From: Psammoneis japonica
Taxonomy: Eukaryota
Reading direction: 5' to 3'
Assembly (NCBI GenBank): GCA_008632985.1
Contig: QPGO01000183.1
Location: 62,001-126,000 of the forward strand
Length of the DNA: 64,000 nt
Of the stretch, positions 1 through 12,762 are shown piece after piece. Positions within the stretch are counted from its first letter, which is position 1. Each line of letters starts with the position of its first letter. Below the pieces are notes generated by a model. The model was not told the DNA's origin and made no database searches. It worked only from the letters and a program-made list of their open reading frames with translations. The position numbers were made by a program, and so were the translations under genes.

Positions 1-1236
1 GCTGTGCCGTGGACCCCCGCATTTTCACACCATCACCAGACCTTGCCCTCCTCCTTCGCGAGTGCTTCTACGACAAGACAGCCTGTGGTGAACCTCCCCC
101 TCCTTCGTCTACCGAGTTCCCACATCCCTTCTTCACTTTGACAACTTTCTTCTCTACATTGACAACTGCCTTGACAACTCTTTAGCTGTGGTGTCCGTGC
201 ATGCTCTCGGCCAACCCTTTTTTTCTCCATCTCCGAGCGCACTCCGCGCGACTCTCCCACCACCTATTTCCTACCGGTGTTTCTCCAGACCAATCCCCTC
301 CAACACCATACCGGTACGGTAGACACCCGCCCAATCATTATTATTTAAAAACGGTTCCTCGAAATGGCTGTGATTTTCTCTTTTTTATTGTATCGACACA
401 ATGGCAGAGATTTTCTCTTTTTATCGACACAACGAGACGACGAGAAAAGGGTCTTTGATGATGCGGTTAAGTTGCAATAGGTTATTGCGTCTCGCTCAAA
501 GGCGACAACAACACTGTGGCGTATCTCATCGGTGTTCTCGCGTTGGAGAATCCACCACAGTCCTGAAGATGCGCTCGATCTAGATTCGGATGACGAAGAG
601 CAATCAATGTCGCGTTTGTCATATTCAATATATCGGTACAGATAAGCTCACATTGCCGCCCGTTGTGGAGCTTTGAGAAATATTGAATCAAAATGGGGGT
701 CATTGGTTTGGCGGTCTTTATACAATTCTCAAAGCTCGAAAACTCGTGAACTTGACACAGTGAAGCTTATTTTGATCATTCATTGTAGTGACTTCCAGTG
801 AAAGCAAAGAGACAGTGTCCGTCTCTTCATCAACACCGGTTCAGTGTGTGTATGTGTACAATCAAGCAAATCGGCCGCCCTACTCCCAACGTGTCGGATG
901 GGAAATGGATTGGAAACGCAGCGGAGTCCCGAAAGGGCGCTTGCCGAAAAAGCCTTTTTGAGTGCGCCTGCCTACGTCGATCCCGAAATACGCAGTTTTG
1001 GCTCAATTCTTTTGGCTTGGAGATGACCCCGAGGCGGTCGAAGTGGCTGAGTTTCGTGATGAAGTTTTGTTGGGAGCTGAATCGGCCGTCATGTACAAAC
1101 TAATAATTACCTTTCCCAAAGACGATCTCTGCTATGCTATGGTGGCCATTCGTGGTACCAGCTATGGGTGAGATAGATACTCGAATGGATGCCCAGAGTC
1201 TTTCAAGGTGTGTGCATATGTTGAGACTTTTTGTGT

Positions 1237-1480
1237 ATGTATTGTATGTCTTGTGTAAGAGCTCGTTCTTCCGAGACTTCCTATATTTGCCCTATCCTAC
1301 TTTAAATATATCTGTTCAAGGGCGTGGAAGAAACAGAGATACTCTTGTAAAAGGAATGGGGAACCATTTGTTTACCGGGTCGGAACGTGTTGGAAGGGCA
1401 TGTATTGTATGTCTTGTGTAAGAGCTCGTTCTTCCGACACTTCCTATTTTCCCTATCCTTGATTAAATATCTGTTCAAGG
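1237..1480. repeat. Direct repeat pair (~80 bp) in intergenic DNA
   Basis: atgtattgtatgtcttgtgtaagagctcgttcttccga...atatctgttcaagg occurs at ~1237-1321 and ~1400-1480 with small indels. Confidence 0.8.
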
Positions 1481-2085
1481 TGTGGCCCTGAAAGTGGTGA
1501 AGAATAGAAATCCTTGACCACTCGGCAGATGCATCTTGAACGACCTTTACGCTCTTTCGGACTGACTATCGGTAACACCATTTTCCGCTCTTTTGGCCAC
1601 CCGCCGCATGCTACCACCGCCGGCACTGGTTTACTTGACAGTTTAGAATCCTGGTTAAGCGCGAAGAGACATTCACCGGCACTGGTGTACTTGATAGCTT
1701 CGAATCCTAGTTTTCAAAAGCGTAAAGAGAGATATTCTAATTCATAATTTTTTGTTTTGTTTTCATAATTTTGATCTGTAGGCCTAATACTCTACAGTGC
1801 ACTCTGTAAGCAATCCCTCTTGAGCCCCAGTAACCCATACCTCACACCCGCGATATTGAATCCAACAATCCGTGAGCTTCTACCTTGCACGCGAAAAGTC
1901 TGTCCAATGTTTGTTTCTCGTTTTCTCATTCTCAACATGACACGTGCTTACGGAAAGCAAGCTGGCATCTGAAATGACCATTATGTGCATACGACAATGC
2001 AGGTCTGGACGAAAAATAAGATACAATCATGGACAAACTTTTCCACCCGCAATAGCAAAAAACCCAGACCCAGTCAGAACACTCG

Positions 2086-3624
2086 TTACAAATCCGGATC
2101 GGGATCCTCCTCCAAGTAGGAATCAATCGTCTGTCTCTCGCTCCCATCCACACATTGAATGTCGTAGTACGCCACGAGATCATCATCAAAGTAGACATTT
2201 ACAACTTTGGCCATTACACGAGTGTTGTTGCGGCAGTAAAGCACGTCCTGGCCCTTCGTGTACGTTGAAATAGGAGTTTTCGGCGCAGGAGTGAGATGTG
2301 AATCGACGGCCTCTCTCTCTTCCCCATCAGGCATACGGACAGCATAGGTCGGGTAGAAATCCTCGTGGGTGATAATTCTAACGACGACGGCAGGAGTGGC
2401 CTCTTGCCAACTTCGAGCCTTGTGAATCACTTTGTCACCCACCGAAAACTTTGGAGGAATCTCCAAGAAAACAAGCTCTCCTCCAGGTTCTTGCACTGGA
2501 TTGGCATAATTCACTGAGCAAGGGGGGTAGCAGACAGAGTAGTGCCGAACTGTGTTGCCGTCATAGATGATTTCGTCGATTTCAGCTGGAATGGTTTTGT
2601 CGAAGAACCGATACTTGAACGTCACCTTGTCCCCTACCGAATATAACTTTGGCTGGAGCACCTCGGAACAAGGCCCCATGACAGGGTCTTCTTTACATTT
2701 TGGATTCAAAAGCTCCGTGTCTCCTTCAGATGCTACCGAATACAACTTTGGCTGGGGCGCCTCGAAACAAGCTTCTTCGACAGTTTCTTCTTCTTCCTTT
2801 GGATTACACGGCTCGGTGTCTCCTTCAAATACCGCCGAATGCAACTTTGGGTGGGGCACCTCAAAAGGCTCCGCGTCTCCTTCAGATACTGCCGACTGTA
2901 ACTTTGGCTGGGGCACGTTGTCTTTTTCTGCTTCCGATTCGACCGACGGTGGAGAGTTGTTCGTTGGAACCGGCTCGTGAAAGGCGCCACCATCGCAACC
3001 AGCACCGTTAACAGGGGTGAACCGATACTTCCTAGGGATTGACGTGGGCGGCGGAACTTCGATCGGCGGAACTTTGATGTTGTTGAGTTTTTTTGTCCTC
3101 CATTTGACCGACAGTGGAGAGTCCTTGTAGATAGGAACCGGATCGCGAGAGTCGCTACTGTTGCAACCAATGTCGTGAGTAGAGCTGAACTGGCACTTTG
3201 GAGCACTCGGCTTGGGAGGCAAAGCTTTGAAGATGTCTTTTTCTGATTTCATTTCGACCGCCGGTGGGGGTTTGTACATTTGAACTGGTTCGCGAATTGT
3301 GCTACTGTTGCAACCAACACCGCGAGCAGGGCTGAGCTGGTGCTTCAGAGGGCTCGGCTTGGGAGGCAAAAGGTTGATCTTTTCTTTTTCTGACACCGGC
3401 TCAAGAAAAGCAATACTGTCGCGATCAATGCCGTGAATAGGGCTGAAAGCAGGAAAAGGAACAGAAGGAATGCGACGTGAGAAACAAATGTTGTCGTAAC
3501 AGGCAGTACAAACAACGAGCGCAATAGAGAACTTACTGCAGAAATGGCTCATTGTCTTCAAAGGTCGAATCTGTAGTCCAACCCTCGTCGTCATAATGCG
3601 CCTGAGCCCGCTCCTCAAAGACAA
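2086..3624 (-). CDS. Protein with Pro/Ser-rich internal repeats and three C-terminal Tudor/SH3-like barrels
   Basis: 512-aa ORF with repeated PPKPS..GCNSS..PV and PQPKL.S..SEGD.E units. The C-terminal modules YSVGDKV, FSVGDKV and YTKGQDV are each followed by a ..A.V..I....Y.V pattern. The true 5' end is uncertain (ORF 3533-3946 may be an upstream exon). Confidence 0.55.
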   Translation of the reverse strand: MSLRSGLRRIMTTRVGLQIRPLKTMSHFCSKFSIALVVCTACYDNICFSRRIPSVPFPAFSPIHGIDRDSIAFLEPVSEKEKINLLPPKPSPLKHQLSPARGVGCNSSTIREPVQMYKPPPAVEMKSEKDIFKALPPKPSAPKCQFSSTHDIGCNSSDSRDPVPIYKDSPLSVKWRTKKLNNIKVPPIEVPPPTSIPRKYRFTPVNGAGCDGGAFHEPVPTNNSPPSVESEAEKDNVPQPKLQSAVSEGDAEPFEVPHPKLHSAVFEGDTEPCNPKEEEETVEEACFEAPQPKLYSVASEGDTELLNPKCKEDPVMGPCSEVLQPKLYSVGDKVTFKYRFFDKTIPAEIDEIIYDGNTVRHYSVCYPPCSVNYANPVQEPGGELVFLEIPPKFSVGDKVIHKARSWQEATPAVVVRIITHEDFYPTYAVRMPDGEEREAVDSHLTPAPKTPISTYTKGQDVLYCRNNTRVMAKVVNVYFDDDLVAYYDIQCVDGSERQTIDSYLEEDPDPDL

Positions 3625-5529
3625 GGTAGAGATAGATAAGACATACAGCCGCGAATAACCAGACGTTGACTGCCCTCAAAAAGAGAAACACGAGGAACCA
3701 GCAAACCGCGACAAATGGGCTGAACTGATCAGGATCCATGATTCGGTCATAGGTACCAAAGAGAAACAAGGCGTTCAAGAAGAGGAAAGTGTACAACATG
3801 GTGATATTGTCGATGCGATACTTTACTTTCTTGCCAGAACTGCGATTGTGAGCCGAAGAAAGTGCGTGGGAAAGTGCGTGCTTGCATATTTCGGATTTTC
3901 GCGTGTAGGCAATCGTGTCCGCGAAGTGCAGAGTTGGTTTTGACACAATTTTCAGTCAAGAAAAACGGTACTGGGTTCGATCCAAGTAATCATCTCCGAT
4001 CCAAACTCGGAATACCGCTACAATCTTCAGCGCCATGGCCACGCCTTTTACGTTTCCTCTTGCTTCTGACGACTGACGACGACGACTTCGCCAAAAGGCT
4101 TGTGAGGCAATAAATCTCATTCGTGCTTTCCGTTGACACGCACATGACTGTTAATTATTTATTTAAAATGGGGGTGTTGATTAGCTGCGCTGCGTGAGGC
4201 AGGATCGCTGATGTTAGTTACTGATGTTATTCGCCACCATCACACATACACCATGACGAGCGAATGCGCAACACTTTGCGGCTCCGATCCGAATCTCTCT
4301 TTATGTCTGTATTTTCTGAGATAGCCTACATCAATCCTGCAAGTGACTCGTGGAAGTTCCATGCCGATACCAGGAACTCGTGCGCTTGATACATTGGTTT
4401 CGAGTATGCAAGAGCTCCAGAACCATCCCGATCAGGTGGAGATCAGCTTCCGCAGTCGAAAGAATAATCAAGTCTGCAGCAGCACCCGCCATTTACTTTG
4501 ACGGCGTCTCCCATTACGAGCACGCTGTCAATACAAGCTTTGTGGGTGTTAAGGATTATATTGATGTTGATCTGATGACAGGGCCTCGTGATTTGACCAC
4601 GCATAATGCCACTTGCTCAACTTTATTCGACAAAAAGATACTGAAACCGGAAATATCACGTTTGATGCTGTCGGACGGACTTCTTTCGAGCTGAACGTGG
4701 CGTAATTTGACCCCTTACATTTACTGCGACGGGATAACCAACATGCCTCCGCCTCTACCAAAGGTCCAGACAGACTACAACTGCCTGAACGGGGTACTAC
4801 GTGGCATTGGCTTTGCCCTTTCGGCGACTAAAAATCTTCTACACATTGCATTCGGGGTCTGAACCATCCGCTACAGAACGGACAGAGTCTTCAAAGCCTC
4901 AAAGCCCATTTTATTGCTTTTCATATGCGGCGGTGTAAGGTATGTTCTGTTGTGTGCCATACGGGCATCTGTGTTTCGCCACATAAATTGAAGACGCGGC
5001 TCATACATTGTTTCCGTTGCGCACTCTTGTTCATCGTTAAGGTCGGCCATTATTCCTTTGAGTTTCGATGACAATATTCAGAGCAAAGCTGAATGTGACA
5101 TTGTATGCCAACTCACACCTTGGCTATTCATCCTAGGTTTCGCTCTTCCCCTTCACTGTATTTTTTCAGCGAGTTCAAAACTCTTCGTTGAAATCCATTA
5201 ACGTCACACCCTTTGACGTATTGGCGCTGGTGGTTGCTCTCCTACACTTATTGATGCGGTGGCACTCGCAATTTGGATGGGATAGATCCCTTGGCATGGA
5301 AGTGCGGGCTGCTTCAAGTGGATGTGTTTGGGCAGAGAGTAGAAACAGGAGGATTTGTAAGTCCAACGCTCCATGTCAGTTCTGTCAGGGAGGAGACGAT
5401 TTGTGTGCTGATAGGATTAGAGGAGAAGTTCTGGCATGGCCAAGTGCAGAGTGTCTGCTCTGGTTATAATAGCATGTTAGCTTGAGTAGTGTACATCCTG
5501 TATATGGCAGGCAATCGTCAATAGATGCT

Positions 5530-6810
5530 CTTGTGCGGGATCTTGCAGCATTGCTCCCAGGAGTCTGACAGGGAGGTGGCATGTCAAATGCTTCTGGCTT
5601 TTGGTTTGCACAGACCAACTGCTGCTTCATTGTTGAGCATTCACCCCAAAAAGTTGCCACGGATTGTCACTGCTGTCATCAGTTTTTTGGTGACAGTTGC
5701 ATCCTCAACACCATGGAGATCAGAAAAAGTGAGCCCAGCTGTGGCAGCTCTAGACAAAAAAGACCACCTTTGACAACCCAAAATGAACCAATCACATGAT
5801 GGGAGTCACAGCAGTGCTCAGACTTGCTTGGCACCACAGGCTGTGTTCTTGAGCTCAGTCCATCCAATGTCCAGCACCTCAAACACAGGGTGCCACATCC
5901 ACTCCTTGCAGTCCTGGTGCTTGACTTCCCCACCTCATCCAATGCAGTCATGCATGAGAGCCAGCCAGCACTGCTTTGCAGCTTTCCATCATGGCTCATG
6001 TCATCATTGACCCAGGCATCTTTGTCACGAGCTTTCTGACAACACATTTCATGTCAATGGCAGAAAAACAGAGTTGGCAAGGGGAGCTCCATCGTCATTG
6101 TCCATCACTCTCATCTGCCATTGCTGTGGCACAGTGGCCAGGTTGTGCTTTCTCCCAAAGTGAAGTCACCCCCAAGAGAGAAGTGCAGCTTGTGCGCTCC
6201 ATGACAAAGTGGGGTTGCAACAACCAAGTCCACCATGCCGGCACACAATCGATTCTGAGTTTCACAAAGTCCTTGTGAACTGGGAATTTGCCTAAAAAAT
6301 CCTTCAAAACCTTTCCAGCATGCTTCTACAATGTTGGCACCTTCCACAGTTTTGCCACGGCACCTCCTGCTTCCAGCAGCACTTGGTTGCAAGCACAGTC
6401 GTCAAATCGAGGAGACAGCGTTGGCGCAGGAGAGCACCACATGCAATGCAAGAAGAGTTCATTCTCAAGATTGTTGCCCTTGATTTCTGCCAAATGCAAT
6501 TCACTGAATGGCACTTTGACCTTTCATTGATGACAAACACTGCACAGCTTCATTGCTGCATCGCTTGCTGCAGCTGCGGCGACCTGTGCACATTGTGTCC
6601 GATCCGATGACTGCTGAAGCTGCCACCGCTGCATGACATGATTGAATGGCACTTGTGTGCACTCTGGTGTCATGGATGACAGTGTGCAGTGATGATGATG
6701 CTGTTTTCTTTCGGCACACCACACAATGCGTGTTGCGTCTCGCGTGTTGCTCGTGTCATGCGGCACACACAAGAGACGTGGCTTTGGCAGCCACTGCTTG
6801 TGCACATTCT
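5530..6810. mobile_element. Unclassified degenerate repeat block, TpA-depleted and CpG-poor
   Basis: Only 3 TpA found by eye in ~1.28 kb (~5751, ~6293, ~6327). TG/CA-rich with Tyr-free, Cys/His-rich spurious ORFs, the same signature as the identified TEs. No family motif recognised. Confidence 0.5.
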
Positions 6811-6944
6811 CTCTAGCACACAGGTGGTCTCTACGTGACCACCATTTTCGCGTTCATTTTCGAGAGGGTGTCTGGTGTCTACAGCACGAAAGTCATCCCG
6901 TTTACAGTTTACAGGGAAGTAAAACATTGCGCTCCATCCAAAAC

Positions 6945-7003
6945 AACGGTCCGTGTGTCGCCCAGCCAATAAAACTCCCTCCAACACGGTCCGTGTGTCG
7001 CCC
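6945..7003. repeat. 18-bp direct repeat upstream of the Deg protease gene
   Basis: acggtccgtgtgtcgccc occurs twice, about 40 bp apart. Confidence 0.75.
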
Positions 7004-7091
7004 GAAACTCCATCCGACGTCTCGCATCATCCTCACATTTTCACGGCCATGACAACCGCAATAAGTTGACGAAGAGTTGTGTGCGAATGCA

Positions 7092-8801
7092 ATGGTGCTT
7101 ACTTGCTCTTTTTGGATACTACTGCTCCTTTTTCTGTTTGCGATTTTTCAAGAATTTGCTGCTGTAGCATTTACCGTTTCATCGTTACAAACAACAACAA
7201 CAACAAGAATCACGCGAAGCAGGTTGTTTGCTTCATCACGTCGACGCAACGACGACGAAATGTTTTGGCCACAGCATTCGACTCCAAATCATGATGATAA
7301 CGATCAAGATGATGAAAATGATTACGATAATGAGTTGTCGGCTGTCTACGATTCAATTTTAAAAGTGCACTGCACACATACCGAGCCGGATTATTTGATT
7401 CCCTGGCAAAAGACCCATCAGTCCACCAGCACGAGCAGCGGCTTTTGTATCAAAGACAAATTAATCATGACCAATGCCCATTCGGTTGAGTATGCCAGCA
7501 TGGTACAAGTCCAGCGTCGTGGGGACGAACGCAAATTTCAAGCGGTCGCAAAAATCATTTGCAACGAGTGCGACTTGGCCTTGTTGTGTGTGGAAGATGA
7601 GGAATTTTGGAACGATTTAGAGCCACTTGAATTTGGTCCTTTGCCGGCACTACAAGATGAAGTGGAAGTTTTGGGGTATCCCACGGGCGGTGATTCACTC
7701 AGTGTCACGCAGGGCGTGGTGAGTCGGATTGAAGCACAAGAATACTCGCAAGCCTCGACACATTTGTTGGCGATTCAAATTGATGCCGCAATCAATGCTG
7801 GCAATTCGGGTGGACCGGTTGTCAATGAGGATTTACAAGTCATTGGAGTGGCCTTTCAAGGATTGGATGATGCGCAAAATATAGGATACGTCGTGCCCGT
7901 GACGGTAGCCTTGCATGTCTTGTACGATTTGGAGAGAAACGGCAAGTACACGGGGTTTTGCTCGTTGGGTATTTCTCTGTCGAGATTGGAAAATGATGCC
8001 TTTCGCAAGTCACTCGGTATGGGCAACTTGTCGGGTATACATGTGAAAGAAATTGCTCCCACGGCAGCCTCCAAGGGTATACTACTACCCAACGATGTCA
8101 TTTTGCAGGTGGACGGTATTGAAGTTGCCAATGATGGCAAGATTCCCTTTCGTCCCGGCGAACGCGTGTCGCTTTCCTGTTATATTCAAACCAAATTCTT
8201 GGGCGATTCTGTAAACATGAAATTGCTACGAGATGGGCAACAAATTCAGCTGGACGTTCCCGTCAGTATCGTGCCGCGTCTCGTTCCGGCACACTGGGAC
8301 AACCAACCTCCTCCTTATCTCGTCATGTCGGGACTCGTCTTTACCGCTCTCTCCATTCCATATCTCCATGCGTCGGAAGCCTGGGACTCTTATATATCCG
8401 ACTCTTTGAGCTACTTGTTGGGCAAGTGGGACGATAAAATGCCGCTAGACGGAGATCAAGTAGTCGTGTTGTCGCAAGTCTTGGCGCATCCCGAAAATCT
8501 TGGGTACGATCGACTCTCGGATTTGCATTTGAAAATATTTAATGGACAAGCGGTTCGATCGCTGCGACATTTGAATAGTTTGATTGAGGATTGTGACGAA
8601 GAATTTATAAGATTGGAACTGGAGCCTGATCACCGAATACTCGTGTTGGAACGTTGCAACATTGACCGCGTGACGAACGATATTTGCAAGGAGCATTCCA
8701 TTCAACGATCGCGTTTCCTACATGACGACGAGGAGGAAAAAGAAGAGTCGTCTCTTGCGGAGCACATGGTCAAGAAAGCAACCGTCACTGACGGACACTG
8801 A
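7092..8801 (+). CDS. DegP/HtrA-family serine protease (Deg2/9/10-like) with PDZ domains, probably plastid-targeted
   Basis: Catalytic triad motifs TNAHSV, ECDLALL and INAGNSGGP; PDZ-like C-terminus; hydrophobic signal peptide followed by AF and a Thr/Ser/Arg-rich transit region. First ATG at 7092. Confidence 0.93.
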   Translation: MVLTCSFWILLLLFLFAIFQEFAAVAFTVSSLQTTTTTRITRSRLFASSRRRNDDEMFWPQHSTPNHDDNDQDDENDYDNELSAVYDSILKVHCTHTEPDYLIPWQKTHQSTSTSSGFCIKDKLIMTNAHSVEYASMVQVQRRGDERKFQAVAKIICNECDLALLCVEDEEFWNDLEPLEFGPLPALQDEVEVLGYPTGGDSLSVTQGVVSRIEAQEYSQASTHLLAIQIDAAINAGNSGGPVVNEDLQVIGVAFQGLDDAQNIGYVVPVTVALHVLYDLERNGKYTGFCSLGISLSRLENDAFRKSLGMGNLSGIHVKEIAPTAASKGILLPNDVILQVDGIEVANDGKIPFRPGERVSLSCYIQTKFLGDSVNMKLLRDGQQIQLDVPVSIVPRLVPAHWDNQPPPYLVMSGLVFTALSIPYLHASEAWDSYISDSLSYLLGKWDDKMPLDGDQVVVLSQVLAHPENLGYDRLSDLHLKIFNGQAVRSLRHLNSLIEDCDEEFIRLELEPDHRILVLERCNIDRVTNDICKEHSIQRSRFLHDDEEEKEESSLAEHMVKKATVTDGH

Positions 8802-8986
8802 ATTGGCTACAGCATCTACAAATTAAATCACTGGCACAATGCGAAAAGGAGATTAAAGGAAGCTTTTGAAGACAAGGAGCTTGCTTGTACGACACTACAA
8901 TGCAAAGGCCTTGTCAAAGAGAAGCAAATGAAACTGATAATGCTGTTGCTTCGGGTGCGTAGGAAGAATTTAATCACGATACTTAA

Positions 8987-11907
8987 TCACACTTCTACTG
9001 GACTGTTTCGTTTTCTCCACACGAGCCATCGTTCATATACCCACTTGGCAATAAATTGCCCAACCTCGCCCTGTCTCATTTCCTCCACTTGCAATTGCGC
9101 TCGACGACGATCGTCCACATATCCCATAAAGAGCTGTGTCTTGGTCATGGCTTGCTGAAATTCTTGATCTGCCCGGAGTTGATTCATGAACCATTCGGGC
9201 CGAAAGGAAAACTTGCCCGTCTCCACGTCAATCGTACCGTACTGCTTCCACGCTTTGTAATCCACAGCCAAGTCACCGCAATACCTTGTAAAGTACGTTT
9301 CGAGTGCCATGCAGGCAGCGTCGAGCGTCACGGTTTCCTTGGGAGCAAATCCGGAGCGGATAAAGCGTTGAAAGGATTGCAGAGAAGATGACGGACTCTG
9401 CATGAGGTGCTGCAGTCGAGCATGGATGCAATGAAGTTGTTCTCTATAACAAAAATACAGATTCCGACGATTGTGAGAGAAACTAGACACGACACAATAT
9501 GCGAACTCTCGAGAAACGCACCGCAGAGTTGCATCCAGGCTCAGCATTTTCGAGACTTGTGCTTCGGACGTTATATGCAGCGTCTTTGTTGACAAGTTGA
9601 GCAAGCTCATACCATTTCCCATGGCATCCAGAGTTCTCTGGTCCTTCTCAACCTCACAGACACGATCATAGTCATTGACTGCCATTCCAGCAACAAATGG
9701 AACTGGAGACATGATAAAGTCCAGCATTTCCCTCGGCAGTACTGGTAAAAAGACAGAGGACCACTCAAAGGGCTCGAGTAGCTCCAGCAAACTACAAGCA
9801 CAAGTTGTAACCTCTTGGAGATTCTCTCCAAGCACAAGTATGGATCGTTCTGTAGCAACAGTTTGAGCATCAGGACCAAGGAATCGGGACCAATGCTCAG
9901 CAAAAGCTGAGAAAGTCCCCACTGCTTTCCGACGCTCGGAAGAGGAAGGGGCAGCTGCATTGGACTTGAATGAGGTATTGGAAGTTTGGCTTTGAAATAG
10001 TGCCTCCCACCAACAAGAAAGTCCAAGTAGTTTCTTGGAGAGGTAATTGCTGCCTGTTCTCGTGTAAGCCGAAGCTCCTGGAGCATGAACTCTAGGATAT
10101 GGTGCCTTCGCTCTTGTTGTCCTTCTACTACCTCTCGTTCCTTGTCAACCCATTCATCCACTGGAAGCCCGTTGCATCTTGTTCGGCAGTCATAAACTTC
10201 CTGAAACACCATGGTAGAAAATGAGAAAAATAGTAAAGGTCCGTTGAGTACCGTCCACGGCCTTCTTACCTTTCGTTCCGCGTTCACCAGTTGTTGTAGT
10301 GGCCCCAACAGCAGAGCATGCTCATCAGGTCTACACCCACAAGTACATAGCATTTCTCCATGATGCAAGCAATTCCGTGTTTACTGGCGTATTTCATTGC
10401 CCGGTATGACTCCCGACCTTTTTCTCGGGCCCATTCACTGATTTCGCGCGCCGGCTGCGTAGGAGTGTGCTTTCTTATACTAGAGGAGGAGCTCAAAGAA
10501 GTTTTCTCGCTTGGCACTCTCTCGGGAGTTTGGAGGTGATCAGGCTTCTTTGCTATGGAAGAAAGAGTAGTTAATTTCGAAGTCTCCGACGAGGTGCGTG
10601 AAGCCACAGACCCCTCACTCACAGATGCGAGCGACCGTCGAATTGCATGTCTCGTCATGGATGCCGCCTCCCTCATTTCCTTTGATTTGATTAGGCTCAT
10701 TGACATGGACGATGCCTTTGGTTCACTGCTCATTTGTTTTGGCGTAGCCGTGGAGGTTGGGCTTCTGGATTGCCATTGAAAGATGCTGGACGCGCGACGT
10801 TTGCTCTTGCTTGCAATTCGCATGGTATCGAGCAACGTAGTTAGCTCGGATGCAGACAGCTCCGCTCGTAGCACCTCGATGGAGTGATCTTCACACTTTG
10901 CAACAACCAATGCTTCCTTTAGCAATAGATTTTGAGCACAATGCCTCCACCAACGACACAGTAAGGATGCTGCGCTACGTCGCTGACGACGAGCCCGAAC
11001 AATCTGACGAAGATGGTCCCTCGAGCGCATCTTGAGTGGAATCTCGTGTCGAATGGTGATAGCCACGCCATGCTGTGTCTTTCCAGATGCGTTTGTAAAC
11101 TAATACAATTAAAGGAGAGCATATAAGCGGTGAATAAGACGAACTTATGGCACCGTAAGACAACAGATTCTCCACTACAGGCGCAGCACGCATACTTACC
11201 ACCAAAATGTGGCATCGGTCTGCCTTAATGCCCACCCACCCCTTTTTCATTGCACCAGGCATGGCTACGCGAGGAATGATTCTTACTCGAAGTCCGTCTG
11301 GAAAACAAAATCTCGAAAGTGCTCTTGGATTGATCGAGTCCTTGCAAGCCTCTGAAGGAAACACATCCATGAAATCAACTCGGCTCAAGCAGAATGCATC
11401 TAGCTGACGCGAGCCGTCGTCCGCAAATATAGTCTCATCATTTAGCAACGATAACTTATGATCCTTCCACGATATCAACGCAAACTCACGAAAACTCGGT
11501 CCTACTATTTCCTCCTCCTTTTCCTCTTTTGCTGGTGCTTCTTGCTCGATTGCTTCTAAACTCGGCGCTCGTCCTTCTTTAATATCTACTGGTACAATTG
11601 CGGAAAAGGCAGTTGGAGCACGTAATTTTCGAAAGCTTGACTGATCTCTCTCAAGAGAAGAGAGTGCATCGGGTGGCGATCGTTTGGAAGGCATGTTTGA
11701 GCGTGCATCACTATCAGTATCCTGATCGTACTGTTCTTCAAAGCTTGGAATTTGCTCCATCCACGGATCATCGTCATTTACAGAAGCAGAGTCGGTATCG
11801 TCCTCAAAGACCTCTAACATTGTGTCGTTATTGGAAGATGATGGTGATTCGCTCATCCCGGCTTTGTTCTCCATGGTGATGGTGTCCCGGATCTGGCACC
11901 TTTGCAT
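8987..11907 (-). CDS. DENN-domain (Rab GEF-like) protein, multi-exon, with one apparent 1-nt frameshift near 9853
   Basis: uDENN-like LSRFCFPDG and cDENN-like LLL/ERSILV...LLELLEPFEWSSVFLPVLP..LDFIMSPVPFVAG. Spread over ORFs 10975-12003, 10284-11066, 9607-10368 and 8987-9922 with GT-AG introns. Start approximate. Confidence 0.8.
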
Positions 11908-12272
11908 GTCGCGTCGGCTGAGAGTTTTCGCTTTTTTTTTTAAAAAGGAGGAATCCGGAATCTGCACAGGAAAGCACACGCAAAAAAGCCGGAATCTGCA
12001 CAAACTGTTTTTTTGATGACGTCAAAAAGGCCAATTTTTGCGTGTGCATGTCGTGTGCATCACGTGTGCAGATTCCATTATTTCCGGATTCCTTTTGCTG
12101 ACGTTGCTCAGAAGATAGCGGCGCGCATGCGCGCAGTCTACAACTGCGAGATAGCGATCATCGTGAATCATCATCGCATCGCAAAGATGGGAGAAGGAAA
12201 GCGACTTCTGCTATCTATCACACGGTATAGTAGAGTAGATACAGTAGCATATTCTTGAAAAGTTGGGACACC

Positions 12273-12737
12273 ATGGTATTTCCGTCGTTGTGGATAATTT
12301 TGATTGCAGTGTTGGAAATTTGTAGCCAGTCGTTTGCTTCAACAGCAACAACTACCGCTTTTGCTGCTACACCACGTCACAGCGCTGTGAGAATTGAAGC
12401 TGAAAATAGAATTTTGCGTCCCAGTTGGCGTTTATATGAAACAGACAAGAAAGATTCAAAGGAAGAAGCGTCTGCATCTGACGATCCGCCCACTGCTCCA
12501 CAAAAGACTCTCGACGAATGGTTGGATACTCCGTTTTTTGACCCAGACGCCGACACGGACAATCCTGTGTTGAAATGGATTGGAAATTTTGTCAAGAACG
12601 ATTATGAATTAGCAGAAGCAACGTACGTGGGAATCATTATGGTCGTTTCGGTAATACTTACGCAAGAGGTTTTGAGAATGCAGCTTTATGGAGAAAATTA
12701 CGTTCCGTTTCACCGTGTTGGGAGCGGACTGTTGTGA
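12273..12737 (+). CDS. Hypothetical plastid-targeted membrane protein
   Basis: Signal peptide, TTAFAA motif and a C-terminal TM helix; ATG at 12273. Confidence 0.7.
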   Translation: MVFPSLWIILIAVLEICSQSFASTATTTAFAATPRHSAVRIEAENRILRPSWRLYETDKKDSKEEASASDDPPTAPQKTLDEWLDTPFFDPDADTDNPVLKWIGNFVKNDYELAEATYVGIIMVVSVILTQEVLRMQLYGENYVPFHRVGSGLL

Positions 12738-12762
12738 GTTGTGACCGAGAGAGCAGGAAGAA

